A stretch of 64,000 nucleotides of DNA from an uncultured Desulfobacterales bacterium (GCA_964393645.1 CAYMUI010000034.1:5970-69969); one strand, 5' to 3'; counted from the stretch's first letter, positions 24,162-34,262 are shown. Notes: a model not told the origin generated them from the letters alone. Numbers and translations are program-made.

Positions 24162-24985
24162 CTGTCTTTCCTTCTTACTATATCGTAGATCTCCATCAGA
24201 GTTTCCAAAATAGGTTTTACATCCTTAAGAGGCAAAGAGTTAGGGCCATCACACAGTGCACTGTCTGGATCAGGGTGAATCTCCATAAATATCCCGTCCG
24301 CACCAGCTGCAATTGCTGCCCTGGAAAGATGAGGTACAAATTGTCTCTGTCCAGCAGACCTGTCACCTGCTCCAGATGGAAGCTGAACACTATGGGTAGC
24401 GTCAAAAACAACCGGATACCCAAATCCCTGCATCACAGGAATGCTTCTCATGTCAACAACAAGATTGTTGTATCCAAAACAAGTCCCCCTTTCGGTCAAA
24501 AGTATCTTATGATTTCCCACCGAAGAAACCTTTGCGATCACATTTTTTATGTCCCAAGGCGAAAGGAATTGCCCTTTTTTTATGTTTACAGGAAGGCCGG
24601 TCTTTGCAGAGGCTATTATAAGGTCGGTCTGTCTGCATAAGAAAGCCGGTATCTGAATCACATCTAAGACTTCGGAAGCTTTTTTTACTTCTTCCTTACA
24701 GTGCACATCAGAAAGTACGGGTAAGGCAAATTCTTCTTTCACTTTTTTTATTATTTCGAGTCCTTTTTCGATCCCTGGACCTCGATATGAAATGTGAGAG
24801 GTTCTGTTTGCTTTGTCATAAGAGGTCTTGAATATAACGGGTATAGAGAGTTCTTCTGAAACATCTTTCAAAAACTCTGCTACCTCTAATGTAATTGCTT
24901 CACTTTCTATAACACAGGGTCCTGCTATTAAGAAAAGCGTGTCTCTTTTTTGAAAGATCTCGTCTATGAACTTTTTAGCATCCAT
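24158..24985 (-). CDS. kdsA: 3-deoxy-8-phosphooctulonate (KDO-8-P) synthase
   Basis: 275 aa. LIAGPCVIES, KTSYDKANR, FDATHSVQLP. Confidence 0.96.
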   Translation of the reverse strand: MDAKKFIDEIFQKRDTLFLIAGPCVIESEAITLEVAEFLKDVSEELSIPVIFKTSYDKANRTSHISYRGPGIEKGLEIIKKVKEEFALPVLSDVHCKEEVKKASEVLDVIQIPAFLCRQTDLIIASAKTGLPVNIKKGQFLSPWDIKNVIAKVSSVGNHKILLTERGTCFGYNNLVVDMRSIPVMQGFGYPVVFDATHSVQLPSGAGDRSAGQRQFVPHLSRAAIAAGADGIFMEIHPDPDSALCDGPNSLPLKDVKPILETLMEIYDIVRRKDR

Positions 24986-25060
24986 CTGTTTTGTTTTGCC
25001 TCGATTTTGGTTTTATTATAATATAGGCATGTTTCATTTTCTACTACAAAGGGGGATAAA

Positions 25061-25243
25061 ATGAGTATAAGCAAAGAATTGCTCGAAATCCTTGCCTGCC
25101 CAAAATGTAAAGGGGACATAATCTTAGACGAAGAAAAAGACAGACTTATATGTAAAAACTGTAAACTTTATTACGAAATAAAAGACGGGATCCCCGTTAT
25201 GCTGATTGAAGAAGCCAAACCTCTTGAAGACTCTAACTCGTAG
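25061..25243 (+). CDS. Trm112/YcaR family zinc-ribbon protein
   Basis: 60 aa. [12 protein letters not shown]...[20 protein letters not shown]. Confidence 0.85.
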   Translation: MSISKELLEILACPKCKGDIILDEEKDRLICKNCKLYYEIKDGIPVMLIEEAKPLEDSNS

Positions 25244-26198
25244 GATACACATATAAATACACAACATAAGCAGAATACAACAGCAACAGCACAAGACCAT
25301 CTTTTCTGTTGATGACGAGATCATGTCTTGCCATAAGATATGGCATAACACTTATGAGTAACATTATTACATAATCCACCAAAAGTCTGCTCTGAAAGAT
25401 ACCACCGGGAATATATATTGGTCTTACAAGAGCGGTTATCCCTAACACGCACATTATGTTGAAAGCATTGCTTCCTATGAGATTGCCTATGCTTATATCC
25501 GTATGCCTTTTATAAGCTGCTACTGCTGAGGTAGCCAGTTCAGGAAGAGAAGTTCCAAATGCTACTATACTGAGACCTATAACCTTTTCACTAATTCCAA
25601 ACATTCTCATTATATCTTCTGCTGAATTTACCACGAGCTTGGCTCCTAATATTACTGACAACATTCCGCAAGCAAGCAAAAGGATGTTTTTTATTATAAG
25701 ACCCGTTTTTACTGTATCCTCTTCTAAGGGCTCTTCTTGTATGACAGAATGTTTTTTGTCTTGCAGATAATTAAAAGTAATGTATGCCACAAGAGCACAG
25801 AACAGGACAAATCCTTCAGGCCGAGAAATCTTGGAATCCAAGGAGATCAAAATTAAAAATACAGAAATCCCCATCATTACAGGGATATCTCTCTTTATCA
25901 CTTCTCTCTGACATGCTATCGGATACAGGAGACTCGATATTCCAAGAATCAAAGCAATGTTACATATATTACTGCCCACAACATTACCTATAGCAATCAT
26001 ATCTTTGCCTTTTATTGCAGAAATTACGCTGACCAAAAGCTCCGGAGCAGAGGTTCCAAAAGCTACCACAGTAAGTCCTATAAGAAGAGGACTCAGTCCC
26101 AGAAAAACGGCCAGCTTGGAAGCTCCTTTTACCAACAATTCAGCCCCTATGTACAAAATAAAGAAACCCGTGATAAGAGAAAGACATGTCAGCCACAT
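25233..26198 (-). CDS. calcium/sodium antiporter (CaCA/YrbG family)
   Basis: 321 aa, polytopic, with duplicated alpha-repeats [16 protein letters not shown] and [16 protein letters not shown]. Confidence 0.88.
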   Translation of the reverse strand: MWLTCLSLITGFFILYIGAELLVKGASKLAVFLGLSPLLIGLTVVAFGTSAPELLVSVISAIKGKDMIAIGNVVGSNICNIALILGISSLLYPIACQREVIKRDIPVMMGISVFLILISLDSKISRPEGFVLFCALVAYITFNYLQDKKHSVIQEEPLEEDTVKTGLIIKNILLLACGMLSVILGAKLVVNSAEDIMRMFGISEKVIGLSIVAFGTSLPELATSAVAAYKRHTDISIGNLIGSNAFNIMCVLGITALVRPIYIPGGIFQSRLLVDYVIMLLISVMPYLMARHDLVINRKDGLVLLLLYSAYVVYLYVYPTS

Positions 26199-26256
26199 GC
26201 TTTATGTTTAGCAAAAGCTGTGGTAAATTAGCAAACTCTTTTTAAGGAGCGATTTT

Positions 26257-27576
26257 ATGCTCGAAACCTATTTTGAGATAAAGAAAAGGGGATCAGATCT
26301 AAAAACAGAACTCATAGCTGGTGCCACCACTTTTTTAACAATGTCTTACATCATAGTGGTAAATCCCATGATCTTAAAAAAAACGGGAATGAGTTTTGAT
26401 GGGGCTTTATTTGCAACAGTTTTGGTCAGCTCTATTTCTTCAATTCTTATGGGACTCTATGCAAATCTGCCTTATGCCCTTGCTCCTGGAATGGGAATCA
26501 ATGCTTTCTTTACATTTACTCTGTGTTACGGGATGGGAATATCTTGGCAAGCAGCACTTGGAGCAGTGTTTTTGTCTGGCCTGGTTTTTGTTTTGCTTAC
26601 CATAACAAAAGTAAGGACAGCAGTAGTTCAGGCTATTCCTGAATGTCTGAGATACGCAGTGGCAGCGGGTATAGGATTGTTCTTGGCCCTTATAGGTCTC
26701 TCAGAAGTAGGTTTTATAAGGACAGGTGCAACAATAGTAAGTTTTGGAGGTTTTAATCCAAACACCCTGCTCTTTTATGCGGGTCTCATTATTACTTCGG
26801 TATTGGTGGCAAAGGGAATAAAAGGCGCTTTACTTATTTCCATCTTTATAAACTCTGCTATCTCGATACTTATCTCTATAGTTGGATTGAAGTCAGGGCT
26901 TTTAAAACACCCTATAGCCCAAGTTCCTGTAAATTTTATCTCTTTACCTAAGCCAGAATTATTTCTTAAGTTTGACCTGCTCGAAACACTAAGGCTGGGA
27001 ATGATTGCTCCTGTCTTTACTCTCCTTTTTACAGACATGTTTGATTCTATCTCCACATTTGTAGGGGTAGCCCATGTAGGCGGGCTTGTTGACAAAGATG
27101 GCCAGCCTCTAAATATAGACAAAGCGCTAATGGTGGATGCCCTTGCTACCGTGTTTTCCGGGATTTTTGGCACCTCTTCTGCCACTACTTATATAGAGTC
27201 TGCTTCAGGAGTAAAAGAAGGGGGAAGAACAGGAATAACAGCAATTGTGGCAGGACTTTTATTTCTTCCGTTTATGTTCTTAAGCCCGATCTTAAGCCTT
27301 ATCCCTTCTGTTGCCACTTCACCGGTGTTACTAATAGTGGGGGTATTCATGGCGCAGGCACTCAGAAATATAAAGTGGGATCGCATGGACGAAGCTATAC
27401 CTGCTTTTGTGGCTTTTATATTGATTCCTCTTACCTACTCCATTACTCAGGGAATTGTATGGGGATTTCTGACATACACTTTTTTAAAGGTGCTTACTGG
27501 AAAAGCAAAAGAAATCAGCACCACTCTTCTGGTAATCGATATATTTGCAATAGTGGCTTTGATTTTGTTGAAATAA
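26257..27576 (+). CDS. NCS2/AzgA-family purine (adenine/guanine/hypoxanthine) permease
   Basis: 439 aa. FEIKKRGSDLKTELIAGATTFLTMSYIIVVNP N-terminus, typical of AzgA-like permeases. Confidence 0.88.
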   Translation: MLETYFEIKKRGSDLKTELIAGATTFLTMSYIIVVNPMILKKTGMSFDGALFATVLVSSISSILMGLYANLPYALAPGMGINAFFTFTLCYGMGISWQAALGAVFLSGLVFVLLTITKVRTAVVQAIPECLRYAVAAGIGLFLALIGLSEVGFIRTGATIVSFGGFNPNTLLFYAGLIITSVLVAKGIKGALLISIFINSAISILISIVGLKSGLLKHPIAQVPVNFISLPKPELFLKFDLLETLRLGMIAPVFTLLFTDMFDSISTFVGVAHVGGLVDKDGQPLNIDKALMVDALATVFSGIFGTSSATTYIESASGVKEGGRTGITAIVAGLLFLPFMFLSPILSLIPSVATSPVLLIVGVFMAQALRNIKWDRMDEAIPAFVAFILIPLTYSITQGIVWGFLTYTFLKVLTGKAKEISTTLLVIDIFAIVALILLK

Positions 27577-27578
27577 AT

Positions 27579-29354
27579 TTACACATTAGAGACTATCACA
27601 CAGTCACCAGCCTTTAGCCCTTTTATGATCTCAACAGAGTCTAAGGTCGTGATACCAGTTTTTACCTTTACTTCCTTTATCTGCTTTGTTTTTTTATCGA
27701 GCACCTTTACAAACTTACCATCATCTTTCACTATTACGGCCTCTATAGGTACCATCAATGCCTCGGGATTGCTGTACACTATAACTTCTAAATTGGCGGA
27801 CATGCCGATGCAAAGTTTTTTACGCTGATCTGAAGTAAGATGATCTACTGTAACCACTACTTCAAAATATGGGATCCCTTGTTCCGAAGAAACGCTTGCT
27901 TGAGAAGAAATGCTCGCGATCTTGCCTTTTAGTCTTATATCAGGGAAGGCATCCCCAGTAATTATTACATCTTGCCCTTTTCTTATTTTACTCACATCTA
28001 CTTCATCAACAGATGCTTTTACAGAAATCCCTTCCATGTCTCCAATAGAGATCATGACCTCGCCCTGATCAAAAGAAACCCCTTTTTCCACTATCTTTGA
28101 ATGATCCTTATCAGAAGATATCTGAGGAATAATGATCACCCCAGAAACTGGAGCATAGATCTTGGCATTATTAAGCTGTTCTTCCAGCTCTTTAAGCTTT
28201 ATCCGTGCGTTTTCCATCTCGATACGGGCAATACTCACATTTTGTTTGTTTCCCTTATCTAAGACAGAATCGAGCTCCTCCTTAGCTGCTATAAAATCAA
28301 GCTCTGCGTTCTTTAACTCTCGTTTGGCTGTTTCGTATTCATTTGCAGGGATTATCCCTTTTTCATACAAACGCTTTGCTTCTTGAAATGACCTCTTTTG
28401 CGCTTCTAAAAACAGTCTTGCTCTTGTAACGGCACGACGAGCCTGTTTGACTTCTGGACTGTTTTCCCAGTTTTCTAATCTTTTTAATTCTTGTAATGCC
28501 TTTATGTATGTTATCTTTGCACTGCGATAATTAGCTTCTATTTCTGAGGTATCCATTTCTATCAAAAGCTGTCCTTTTTTTACATACTCACCGTAATTAA
28601 AATACTTCCTTTTTACTTTTCCTCTGAAAGGACTCACTATGTTTAAGATTCTCAATGGTCTTAAATTTCCGGTTAGAGAAATAGTAGATTGAACAGGAGT
28701 TGGAGACACAGTAAAAATCTTGATCGGCTTTTTAGACCCTTTCACAAACCTTGCTTGTGGCACTTCGGTTGCAGGATGGAACTTCTTATTCCACACATAA
28801 AAGCCTGTTCCCAAGAATAAAACGAGTACAAATACGGTGGTAATTGCTCTTATAACCTGAACTTTCTTTAACGCAGATTCTAACTCTTTCTTACTTTCTT
28901 CTAACTGAATGTATGCTTGCTGTAGTTTTTCGTGATTTTTTTTCAGTTCTTCAGTAAGCTTTACCTCTTTCTCTCTGAGTCTTTCTATCTCTGTTATATC
29001 GCTGAATACAGCTATTACTCCAGCTTTTTTTAGCTTTCCGTCTTCCTTTTCGTGAAGAAAAGAGGTTGTAAGAGAAAGAGTTATAAGAGAGCCTCCTCTG
29101 TTAAATTTTACAGTCCTATGATGACTTATATGAGATTCGTATATCGCATCTAAGATCGCCTGATTAAACTCATCATTACCTTCTAACATGAGAAATACTT
29201 CAGCAAATGTCTTTCCTATCGCATCCTCTCTTTTAATGCCTAAGATAGAGGAAGCAGCAGGATTAAAAGCAATGATCCTGCCGTCTAAATCAATAGTCAT
29301 TACTCCATCGCTCATGTTTTCAAGTATGTTTTTGTATATAACCTCTTTTACCAC
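27579..29354 (-). CDS. PAS-domain-containing HlyD/MacA-family periplasmic adaptor (membrane fusion protein)
   Basis: 591 aa. Residues ~1-120 are PAS-like (NMSDGVMTIDLDGRIIAFNPAASSILG), followed by a coiled coil and one TM helix (AITTVFVLVLFLGTGFYVW). The remainder is a HlyD-type alpha-hairpin, lipoyl domain and beta-barrel. Last gene of the exporter operon. Confidence 0.85.
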   Translation of the reverse strand: MVKEVIYKNILENMSDGVMTIDLDGRIIAFNPAASSILGIKREDAIGKTFAEVFLMLEGNDEFNQAILDAIYESHISHHRTVKFNRGGSLITLSLTTSFLHEKEDGKLKKAGVIAVFSDITEIERLREKEVKLTEELKKNHEKLQQAYIQLEESKKELESALKKVQVIRAITTVFVLVLFLGTGFYVWNKKFHPATEVPQARFVKGSKKPIKIFTVSPTPVQSTISLTGNLRPLRILNIVSPFRGKVKRKYFNYGEYVKKGQLLIEMDTSEIEANYRSAKITYIKALQELKRLENWENSPEVKQARRAVTRARLFLEAQKRSFQEAKRLYEKGIIPANEYETAKRELKNAELDFIAAKEELDSVLDKGNKQNVSIARIEMENARIKLKELEEQLNNAKIYAPVSGVIIIPQISSDKDHSKIVEKGVSFDQGEVMISIGDMEGISVKASVDEVDVSKIRKGQDVIITGDAFPDIRLKGKIASISSQASVSSEQGIPYFEVVVTVDHLTSDQRKKLCIGMSANLEVIVYSNPEALMVPIEAVIVKDDGKFVKVLDKKTKQIKEVKVKTGITTLDSVEIIKGLKAGDCVIVSNV

Positions 29355-29357
29355 GCC

Positions 29358-30833
29358 CTATTTCCTCTTTGGCTCTACTGTTATGTTCCAAGTCTTCAAG
29401 GTTGTTCCTAACACTCTATCCAGATTTGTAACGGCATTTTCATAGGCAATTATTGCATAAAGTTCATTGTTACGGGCAGCAATTACATCATTTTGAAATG
29501 TGAGAACCTCGAAATTTGTGGTTCTCCCAGCTTTTAACTTTTCTTTTTCTATTCTGAGCTTTTCTTCTGTCAGCTCTCTTGCCCGTCTTGCCAATTCTAC
29601 CTGTTTTAGCTTCATGTTCACATCTCTTATGGCATCCATAACTTCTATTTCTATGTTTTCCTTTATTTCCTTTAAATTAATCTTGGTTTGCTCTAAGTTT
29701 ATCTTGGCATTCAAATAAGTCTGTTTTAAGGTAAGATCTCCAAAAGGTATGGTGAGACCAAAACCCACATACCACTCTTTCATAGATGCATTAAAGGTGT
29801 CATTAATAGCACTGAGCATACCTCTTTTATCTCTTCCTGTTATGTTATAACCACCTTCTAAGTAAAGATCCCATAGCCTGTTATTCTTCGCAACTATTAA
29901 GTTTGTTTTGGCAATTTCTAAGTTTAAAAGGGCTATTCTGTAGTCTGGTCTGTTTTCGAAAGCCAGCTTTAAACATTTGGACAAATCAGGATGAACAGGG
30001 GTCACCTTTACTATGTCAACCGGGATAATCTCAGTATCCTTATCGATGTCCAAGACCTTGATAAGATTCAGTCTGGCAGAATCAAAGGCATTTTTTGCTT
30101 TAGAAAGATTAAATCTTTGGGTAGCCAGATTTGCTTCTGCCTGCACAATGTCTACCGGCGCCATTCTTCCAGCTTGAAGAAGCTCTTTGTTCATCTTTAA
30201 AATCTCTTCTGCCATCTCTAAGGACCTTTTGGCTATCTTAAGCTCCTTGTAAGCTTGATAAAATTCTCTATAAGCCAAGATCGCAGAGGTTATCACTTCG
30301 ATTAAGGTCTCTTTTAAAGTAAGCACATTTATCTTTTCAGTAAGTCTGGCGATCTTTAAAGAAGCAGTAGCAACCGGAATTCCGGCTTTTTTTAACAGCG
30401 GTTGTTTAAAGTACAGCTCGATAGACGAACCGTAGTCTTGCTGTGAAATATCCCCCATGGTGCTCTGAGCAGTATTACTCCATACAAAGGAAAGCTCACC
30501 ACCAGTGGGTATTCGTTCTTTTATTGTGAAAGATATGCCACCTTCTGTACTAAAACTTCTTTGTGTTCCTATCTGATTGCTATCATACTTAAAAGAAGGT
30601 GTAATAAACAAATCTGGTACAAATTCATCTTCCGCAACTTTTAGATCGTATCTTTGAGTTATTCTTGAAAGATAAGCATTCTTTATTGTCCTGTTGTTTC
30701 TCAAAGCAAGTTCCACGCAGTCGGCAAGACTCATGCGTATCTTTACTCTTTTGGCTGCTAAGGAAACCGAAGAAAAAAAATAGATTGCGCCAACTGTCAA
30801 GATAACAAAAACGACTATATTTTTACCCTTCAT
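29358..30833 (-). CDS. TolC-family outer membrane efflux protein
   Basis: 491 aa with a signal peptide and two OEP-type repeats of long helical segments. 3-nt gaps to both neighbours. Confidence 0.88.
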   Translation of the reverse strand: MKGKNIVVFVILTVGAIYFFSSVSLAAKRVKIRMSLADCVELALRNNRTIKNAYLSRITQRYDLKVAEDEFVPDLFITPSFKYDSNQIGTQRSFSTEGGISFTIKERIPTGGELSFVWSNTAQSTMGDISQQDYGSSIELYFKQPLLKKAGIPVATASLKIARLTEKINVLTLKETLIEVITSAILAYREFYQAYKELKIAKRSLEMAEEILKMNKELLQAGRMAPVDIVQAEANLATQRFNLSKAKNAFDSARLNLIKVLDIDKDTEIIPVDIVKVTPVHPDLSKCLKLAFENRPDYRIALLNLEIAKTNLIVAKNNRLWDLYLEGGYNITGRDKRGMLSAINDTFNASMKEWYVGFGLTIPFGDLTLKQTYLNAKINLEQTKINLKEIKENIEIEVMDAIRDVNMKLKQVELARRARELTEEKLRIEKEKLKAGRTTNFEVLTFQNDVIAARNNELYAIIAYENAVTNLDRVLGTTLKTWNITVEPKRK

Positions 30834-30836
30834 AAC

Positions 30837-32024
30837 TTACTCGGACTTAAGTGCAGCTATAGGATCCAATCTTGCAGCTTGATTAGCAGGATAAAAACCG
30901 AAAAAGAGTCCGACCAATGTTGAAACTCCAAATCCCAGAATTATCGCCAAGTAAGAAATCATAAATTCCCATTTTGAGACTTTAGAGATTATATACGAGG
31001 ATATAATTCCCAAAAAGATTCCCATTATGCCACCTATAAGACACAGTATCACCGATTCTGTTATAAACTGCATCTGGATGTCCTTTTTTCTCGCACCTAA
31101 CGCCCTTCTTATCCCTATTTCACGTCTACGCTCAGTTACAGAAACAAGCATGACATTCATAACTCCAACACCACCTACAAGCAGGGATATACTTCCTATA
31201 GCTCCAAGTAAAAGGGTGAAAAGCTTCATCTGTTTTTCCATTTGTTGTATTATCTCTTCAGCACTTCTTATATCTATATTTGCTTTTGGAAGTTTTCTTT
31301 TAAAGAAATCGATTATTTCCTTTTTAGCTACAGTATAGTGAACGTCTGAGCTTATTTTTACCATGATGTCGTTTATTTCAGCATCTGAGGTAATCCTTTT
31401 GACAGTCTGTATCGGTATAAAGATAGCGTGATTTATCCCGTAAGGTCTCATACCTCCTGTGGGAACAGCTCTTAGCACTCCTATTACAGTAAATAAGTGC
31501 CTGTTTATCTTTATTTTTGAACCCAAAGGATGAACAAGTCCTTTGACCTTCAACTCGTCTGCTCTTCCACTGCCTAAGACACAATAACAGCTCATTCCGT
31601 CAAGATCACTGATAAAACGCCCTTCTTTAAGCTTTAATTTGTTTATATCCATGAAGGAGCTGGTAACCCCAAGCAATTTTACATATGATCCTTTACCCTT
31701 ATAATTTAACCGGCCACTGGTATCGATGTATGGTGCCACAGCTACAATTGAATTACAGCACTTCGTCATCTCGTGGACAATTTTAAGCGAAAGCTTTTTA
31801 CTTTTATGAGGAGATGAAAAACCAGACATCTTATTTATCAGAAGTATATCTGTGCCCATATCTCTGAATTGTTTTAGTGCTTCATGTTCTACTATCGTAC
31901 CTATTGAAACCATGGCTATAACAGAACCTATCCCTATCATAATGCCAATCAATGCGAGCAGTGTCCTCTGCTTAGCACCGTACAAGCTTCTTGCAGCTTC
32001 TTTTAAGATGGCTGTAAAAATCAT
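30837..32024 (-). CDS. MacB-type ABC transporter permease (FtsX fold with large periplasmic domain)
   Basis: 395 aa. TM1, then a ~220-aa periplasmic domain, then three C-terminal TMs with ERRREIGIRRALGA, typical of MacB/FtsX. Confidence 0.9.
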   Translation of the reverse strand: MIFTAILKEAARSLYGAKQRTLLALIGIMIGIGSVIAMVSIGTIVEHEALKQFRDMGTDILLINKMSGFSSPHKSKKLSLKIVHEMTKCCNSIVAVAPYIDTSGRLNYKGKGSYVKLLGVTSSFMDINKLKLKEGRFISDLDGMSCYCVLGSGRADELKVKGLVHPLGSKIKINRHLFTVIGVLRAVPTGGMRPYGINHAIFIPIQTVKRITSDAEINDIMVKISSDVHYTVAKKEIIDFFKRKLPKANIDIRSAEEIIQQMEKQMKLFTLLLGAIGSISLLVGGVGVMNVMLVSVTERRREIGIRRALGARKKDIQMQFITESVILCLIGGIMGIFLGIISSYIISKVSKWEFMISYLAIILGFGVSTLVGLFFGFYPANQAARLDPIAALKSE

Positions 32025-32695
32025 CTTTCTTCTTTAAGAAGACCGTCCTCCATCCTGATTATTCTTCTACATTGTTTTGCAATATTCATATCATGGGTAA
32101 TAATAACGGTTGTGATTCCCTTTTCTTCGTTAAGTTCGATGAAAAGATCCATTATTTCCTGACCAACTTTGCTGTCCAATGCGCCTGTTGGCTCGTCTGC
32201 CAGAAGAATGGAAGGTTCATTTACTAATGCTCGAGCAATAGCTACTCTCTGTTGCTGACCTCCTGAAAGCTCGTTAGGTTTGTGATAAGCGCGTGTGTCC
32301 ATCTTTACTTTCTTTAAATAATACCAGCAACGCTCCTGAATCTGCTTTTTGTTTAATCTGCCACAATAAATAAGAGGAAGTGCCACATTTTCTATTGCTG
32401 TAAGTCTGGGAAGGAGATAAAAGGATTGAAACACAAATCCTATTTTCTTATTTCTGAGTACAGAAAGCTCGTCATCGTTTAGTTTAAATACATCCTTTCC
32501 TTCCAAAATATAAGAGCCTGCTGTTGGTCTATCCAGCAGACCCATGATGTTCATAAGGGTAGATTTTCCGCATCCAGAAGCACCTATTATGGAGACCAGT
32601 TCCCCTTTTTCTATTTTTAAAGAGATTCCCTTTAGTACTTCTACACTTATTGGCCCTATTTTGTAGGTCTTTCGTATGTTATAAAGGTTTATCAT
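32021..32695 (-). CDS. MacB/LolD-type ABC transporter ATP-binding protein
   Basis: 224 aa with Walker A GASGCGKST, signature LSGGQQQR and Walker B ILLADEPT. No C39 peptidase domain. Its start is 10 nt after the stop of the last Cys-rich paralog. Confidence 0.93.
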   Translation of the reverse strand: MINLYNIRKTYKIGPISVEVLKGISLKIEKGELVSIIGASGCGKSTLMNIMGLLDRPTAGSYILEGKDVFKLNDDELSVLRNKKIGFVFQSFYLLPRLTAIENVALPLIYCGRLNKKQIQERCWYYLKKVKMDTRAYHKPNELSGGQQQRVAIARALVNEPSILLADEPTGALDSKVGQEIMDLFIELNEEKGITTVIITHDMNIAKQCRRIIRMEDGLLKEER

Positions 32696-32705
32696 TCATC
32701 TGGAA

Positions 32706-33056
32706 TCAGAATCCTGTCTCACAGAAGTAATGCCCGTTTTTTCCTTTTACAACAAGCCAACCCCCTGCTTTTACATAGACTTCAAAACATATGTCTTCCC
32801 GGGGAATTTTATCTTTAAACACCTGAAATGACACATCCGCATCTCTCTTACCGCTTTTATTACAATCCCTATTTGACCAATGACAACACGCCTTCTGACC
32901 CGGACCAAGCTTGGCACGAAACTTTTTAAACTTTCTGCCTCCTTTCACTTGATATACTTTAATTCCTATATCTGTTTTGTTATAAACACAGAAAGCATGT
33001 GCATTTTGTATCGTAAAAAGTGCTATCAACAACAACACCATACTGCTTAACCTCAT
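32706..33056 (-). CDS. secreted Cys-rich small protein, paralog 1 of 7 (unrecognised family)
   Basis: 116 aa. Signal peptide ...NAHA|FCVYNKTD. Core ACCHWSNRDCNKSGKRD and KAGGWLVVKGKN..Y.C. Most divergent member. Confidence 0.85.
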   Translation of the reverse strand: MRLSSMVLLLIALFTIQNAHAFCVYNKTDIGIKVYQVKGGRKFKKFRAKLGPGQKACCHWSNRDCNKSGKRDADVSFQVFKDKIPREDICFEVYVKAGGWLVVKGKNGHYFCETGF

Positions 33057-33093
33057 AAGCCACCCCCTTTTATCCTTATGTCTTCAATCTCAC

Positions 33094-33447
33094 TTAAAAG
33101 CCTGCTTCACAATGATAATGCTTGTTTTTCCCCTTTACTACAAGCCATCCTCCTGCCTTTATGGGAAAATTCTGGCATATAAACTTGTAGTCACCATAGT
33201 AAACATCAAACTTTAAAATAGAATCTTTCTTTCCTTCCTTGTTACAATCTCTGTTTTTCCAATTACAGCAGGCTTTTTGCCCCGGCTTAAGGCATGAAGC
33301 AAAGAAACTTTTACCAAACTTACCTCCTTTTACTTCTTCAACAGCCACAGTTGTATCGCTAAAATTGTAAACGCAAAACGAAAACGCATGATCCACAACG
33401 AATAACATTACTGCCAAAAAAACGATTAAAACCATCTTTCTTTTCAT
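33094..33447 (-). CDS. secreted Cys-rich small protein, paralog 2 of 7
   Basis: 117 aa. Signal peptide ...HAFS|FCVYNFSD. Core ACCNWKNRDCNKEGKKDSILKF and FPIKAGGWLVVKGKN. AGGAGG RBS upstream. Confidence 0.87.
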   Translation of the reverse strand: MKRKMVLIVFLAVMLFVVDHAFSFCVYNFSDTTVAVEEVKGGKFGKSFFASCLKPGQKACCNWKNRDCNKEGKKDSILKFDVYYGDYKFICQNFPIKAGGWLVVKGKNKHYHCEAGF

Positions 33448-33471
33448 CCCACTGTCCTCCTTCGCGCGCTT

Positions 33472-33858
33472 TTAATAATGCCCCTCACAGAAATAGATCT
33501 TTGTTGTTCCGAACCTTTTTATCTCAAGCCACCCGCCTGCCTTTATAGGATAGTTTTCACAAATCTTGCCTTCTACTTCAAGACCTGCAGGATCATAGTA
33601 ATAAACAGTAAACTTAACAATAGAGTCTTTTTTACCACCTGTATTACAGTCTTTATTTTTCCAGTTACAGCATGCGTGTTGCCCTGGGTCTAAGATGGCT
33701 CGAAAATCTTTTAAAAGTTTACCTCCTCTTACCTGTTTAACTTTTACTTTTACATCGATCTTGTTATACACGCAAAAGGCATGAACACAAGGAGCTACAA
33801 ATACTGCTGTTGTTATAAAAGAAATAAAACAAAATATCTTTGCTTTTCTTCTTAGCAT
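33472..33858 (-). CDS. secreted Cys-rich small protein, paralog 3 of 7
   Basis: 128 aa. Signal peptide ...CVHA|FCVYNKID. Core ACCNWKNKDCNTGGKKDSIVKF and YPIKAGGWLEI. AGGAGGAGGG RBS upstream. Confidence 0.87.
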   Translation of the reverse strand: MLRRKAKIFCFISFITTAVFVAPCVHAFCVYNKIDVKVKVKQVRGGKLLKDFRAILDPGQHACCNWKNKDCNTGGKKDSIVKFTVYYYDPAGLEVEGKICENYPIKAGGWLEIKRFGTTKIYFCEGHY

Positions 33859-33870
33859 GACCCTCCTCCT

Positions 33871-34242
33871 TTATTTAAAATGGGCTTCACAAAAATAATT
33901 ATCCCCTACTTTCTTTACCTCAAGCCAGCCCCCTGCCTTTACAGGAAAATCACGACATACAGTCTTATACCAGTTTATCCCTCCTATATCATTCCGGGTT
34001 ACGGTAAACTTAACGATAGAGTCTCTTTTGCCTCCAGTATTACAATCTTTGTTCTTCCAGTTGCAGCACGCATGTTTCCCAGGCTCAATCCGCGCCCAGA
34101 AACCTCTTTGTGTTCTATTCCCTGCTGTTTGGGTAACCTCTATCTCTACGGAAGTTTTGTTATACACGCAAAATCCATATGTATAACCTGCTATAGACAG
34201 TACCGCTATGAATAATGCTAATAGAAAAGAGAAACCTTTCAT
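33871..34242 (-). CDS. secreted Cys-rich small protein, paralog 4 of 7
   Basis: 123 aa. Signal peptide ...YTYG|FCVYNKTS. Core ACCNWKNKDCNTGGKRDSIVKF and FPVKAGGWLEV. Confidence 0.87.
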   Translation of the reverse strand: MKGFSFLLALFIAVLSIAGYTYGFCVYNKTSVEIEVTQTAGNRTQRGFWARIEPGKHACCNWKNKDCNTGGKRDSIVKFTVTRNDIGGINWYKTVCRDFPVKAGGWLEVKKVGDNYFCEAHFK

Positions 34243-34262
34243 GATTTCACCCCCCTGTTAAG

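Noticed and set aside
24217-24423. Small minus-strand ORFs nested in alternative frames of kdsA (24217-24423), gap (18560-18760) and the MacB permease (31378-31584)
   Set aside because: They are out of frame within well-supported genes on the same strand, with no RBS and unremarkable basic or Cys-rich translations, so they are treated as chance ORFs.
26199-26256. Purine riboswitch upstream of the NCS2 purine permease
   Set aside because: The intergenic gap is only 58 nt and is shared with a divergent gene. That is too short for the ~70-nt aptamer plus expression platform, and no conserved junction sequence was seen.
33478-34215. Plus-strand ORFs 33478-33693 and 33880-34215 inside the Cys-rich array
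   Set aside because: The minus-strand frames are conserved seven-fold, with signal peptides and RBSs. The plus-strand frames are not conserved between repeat units.
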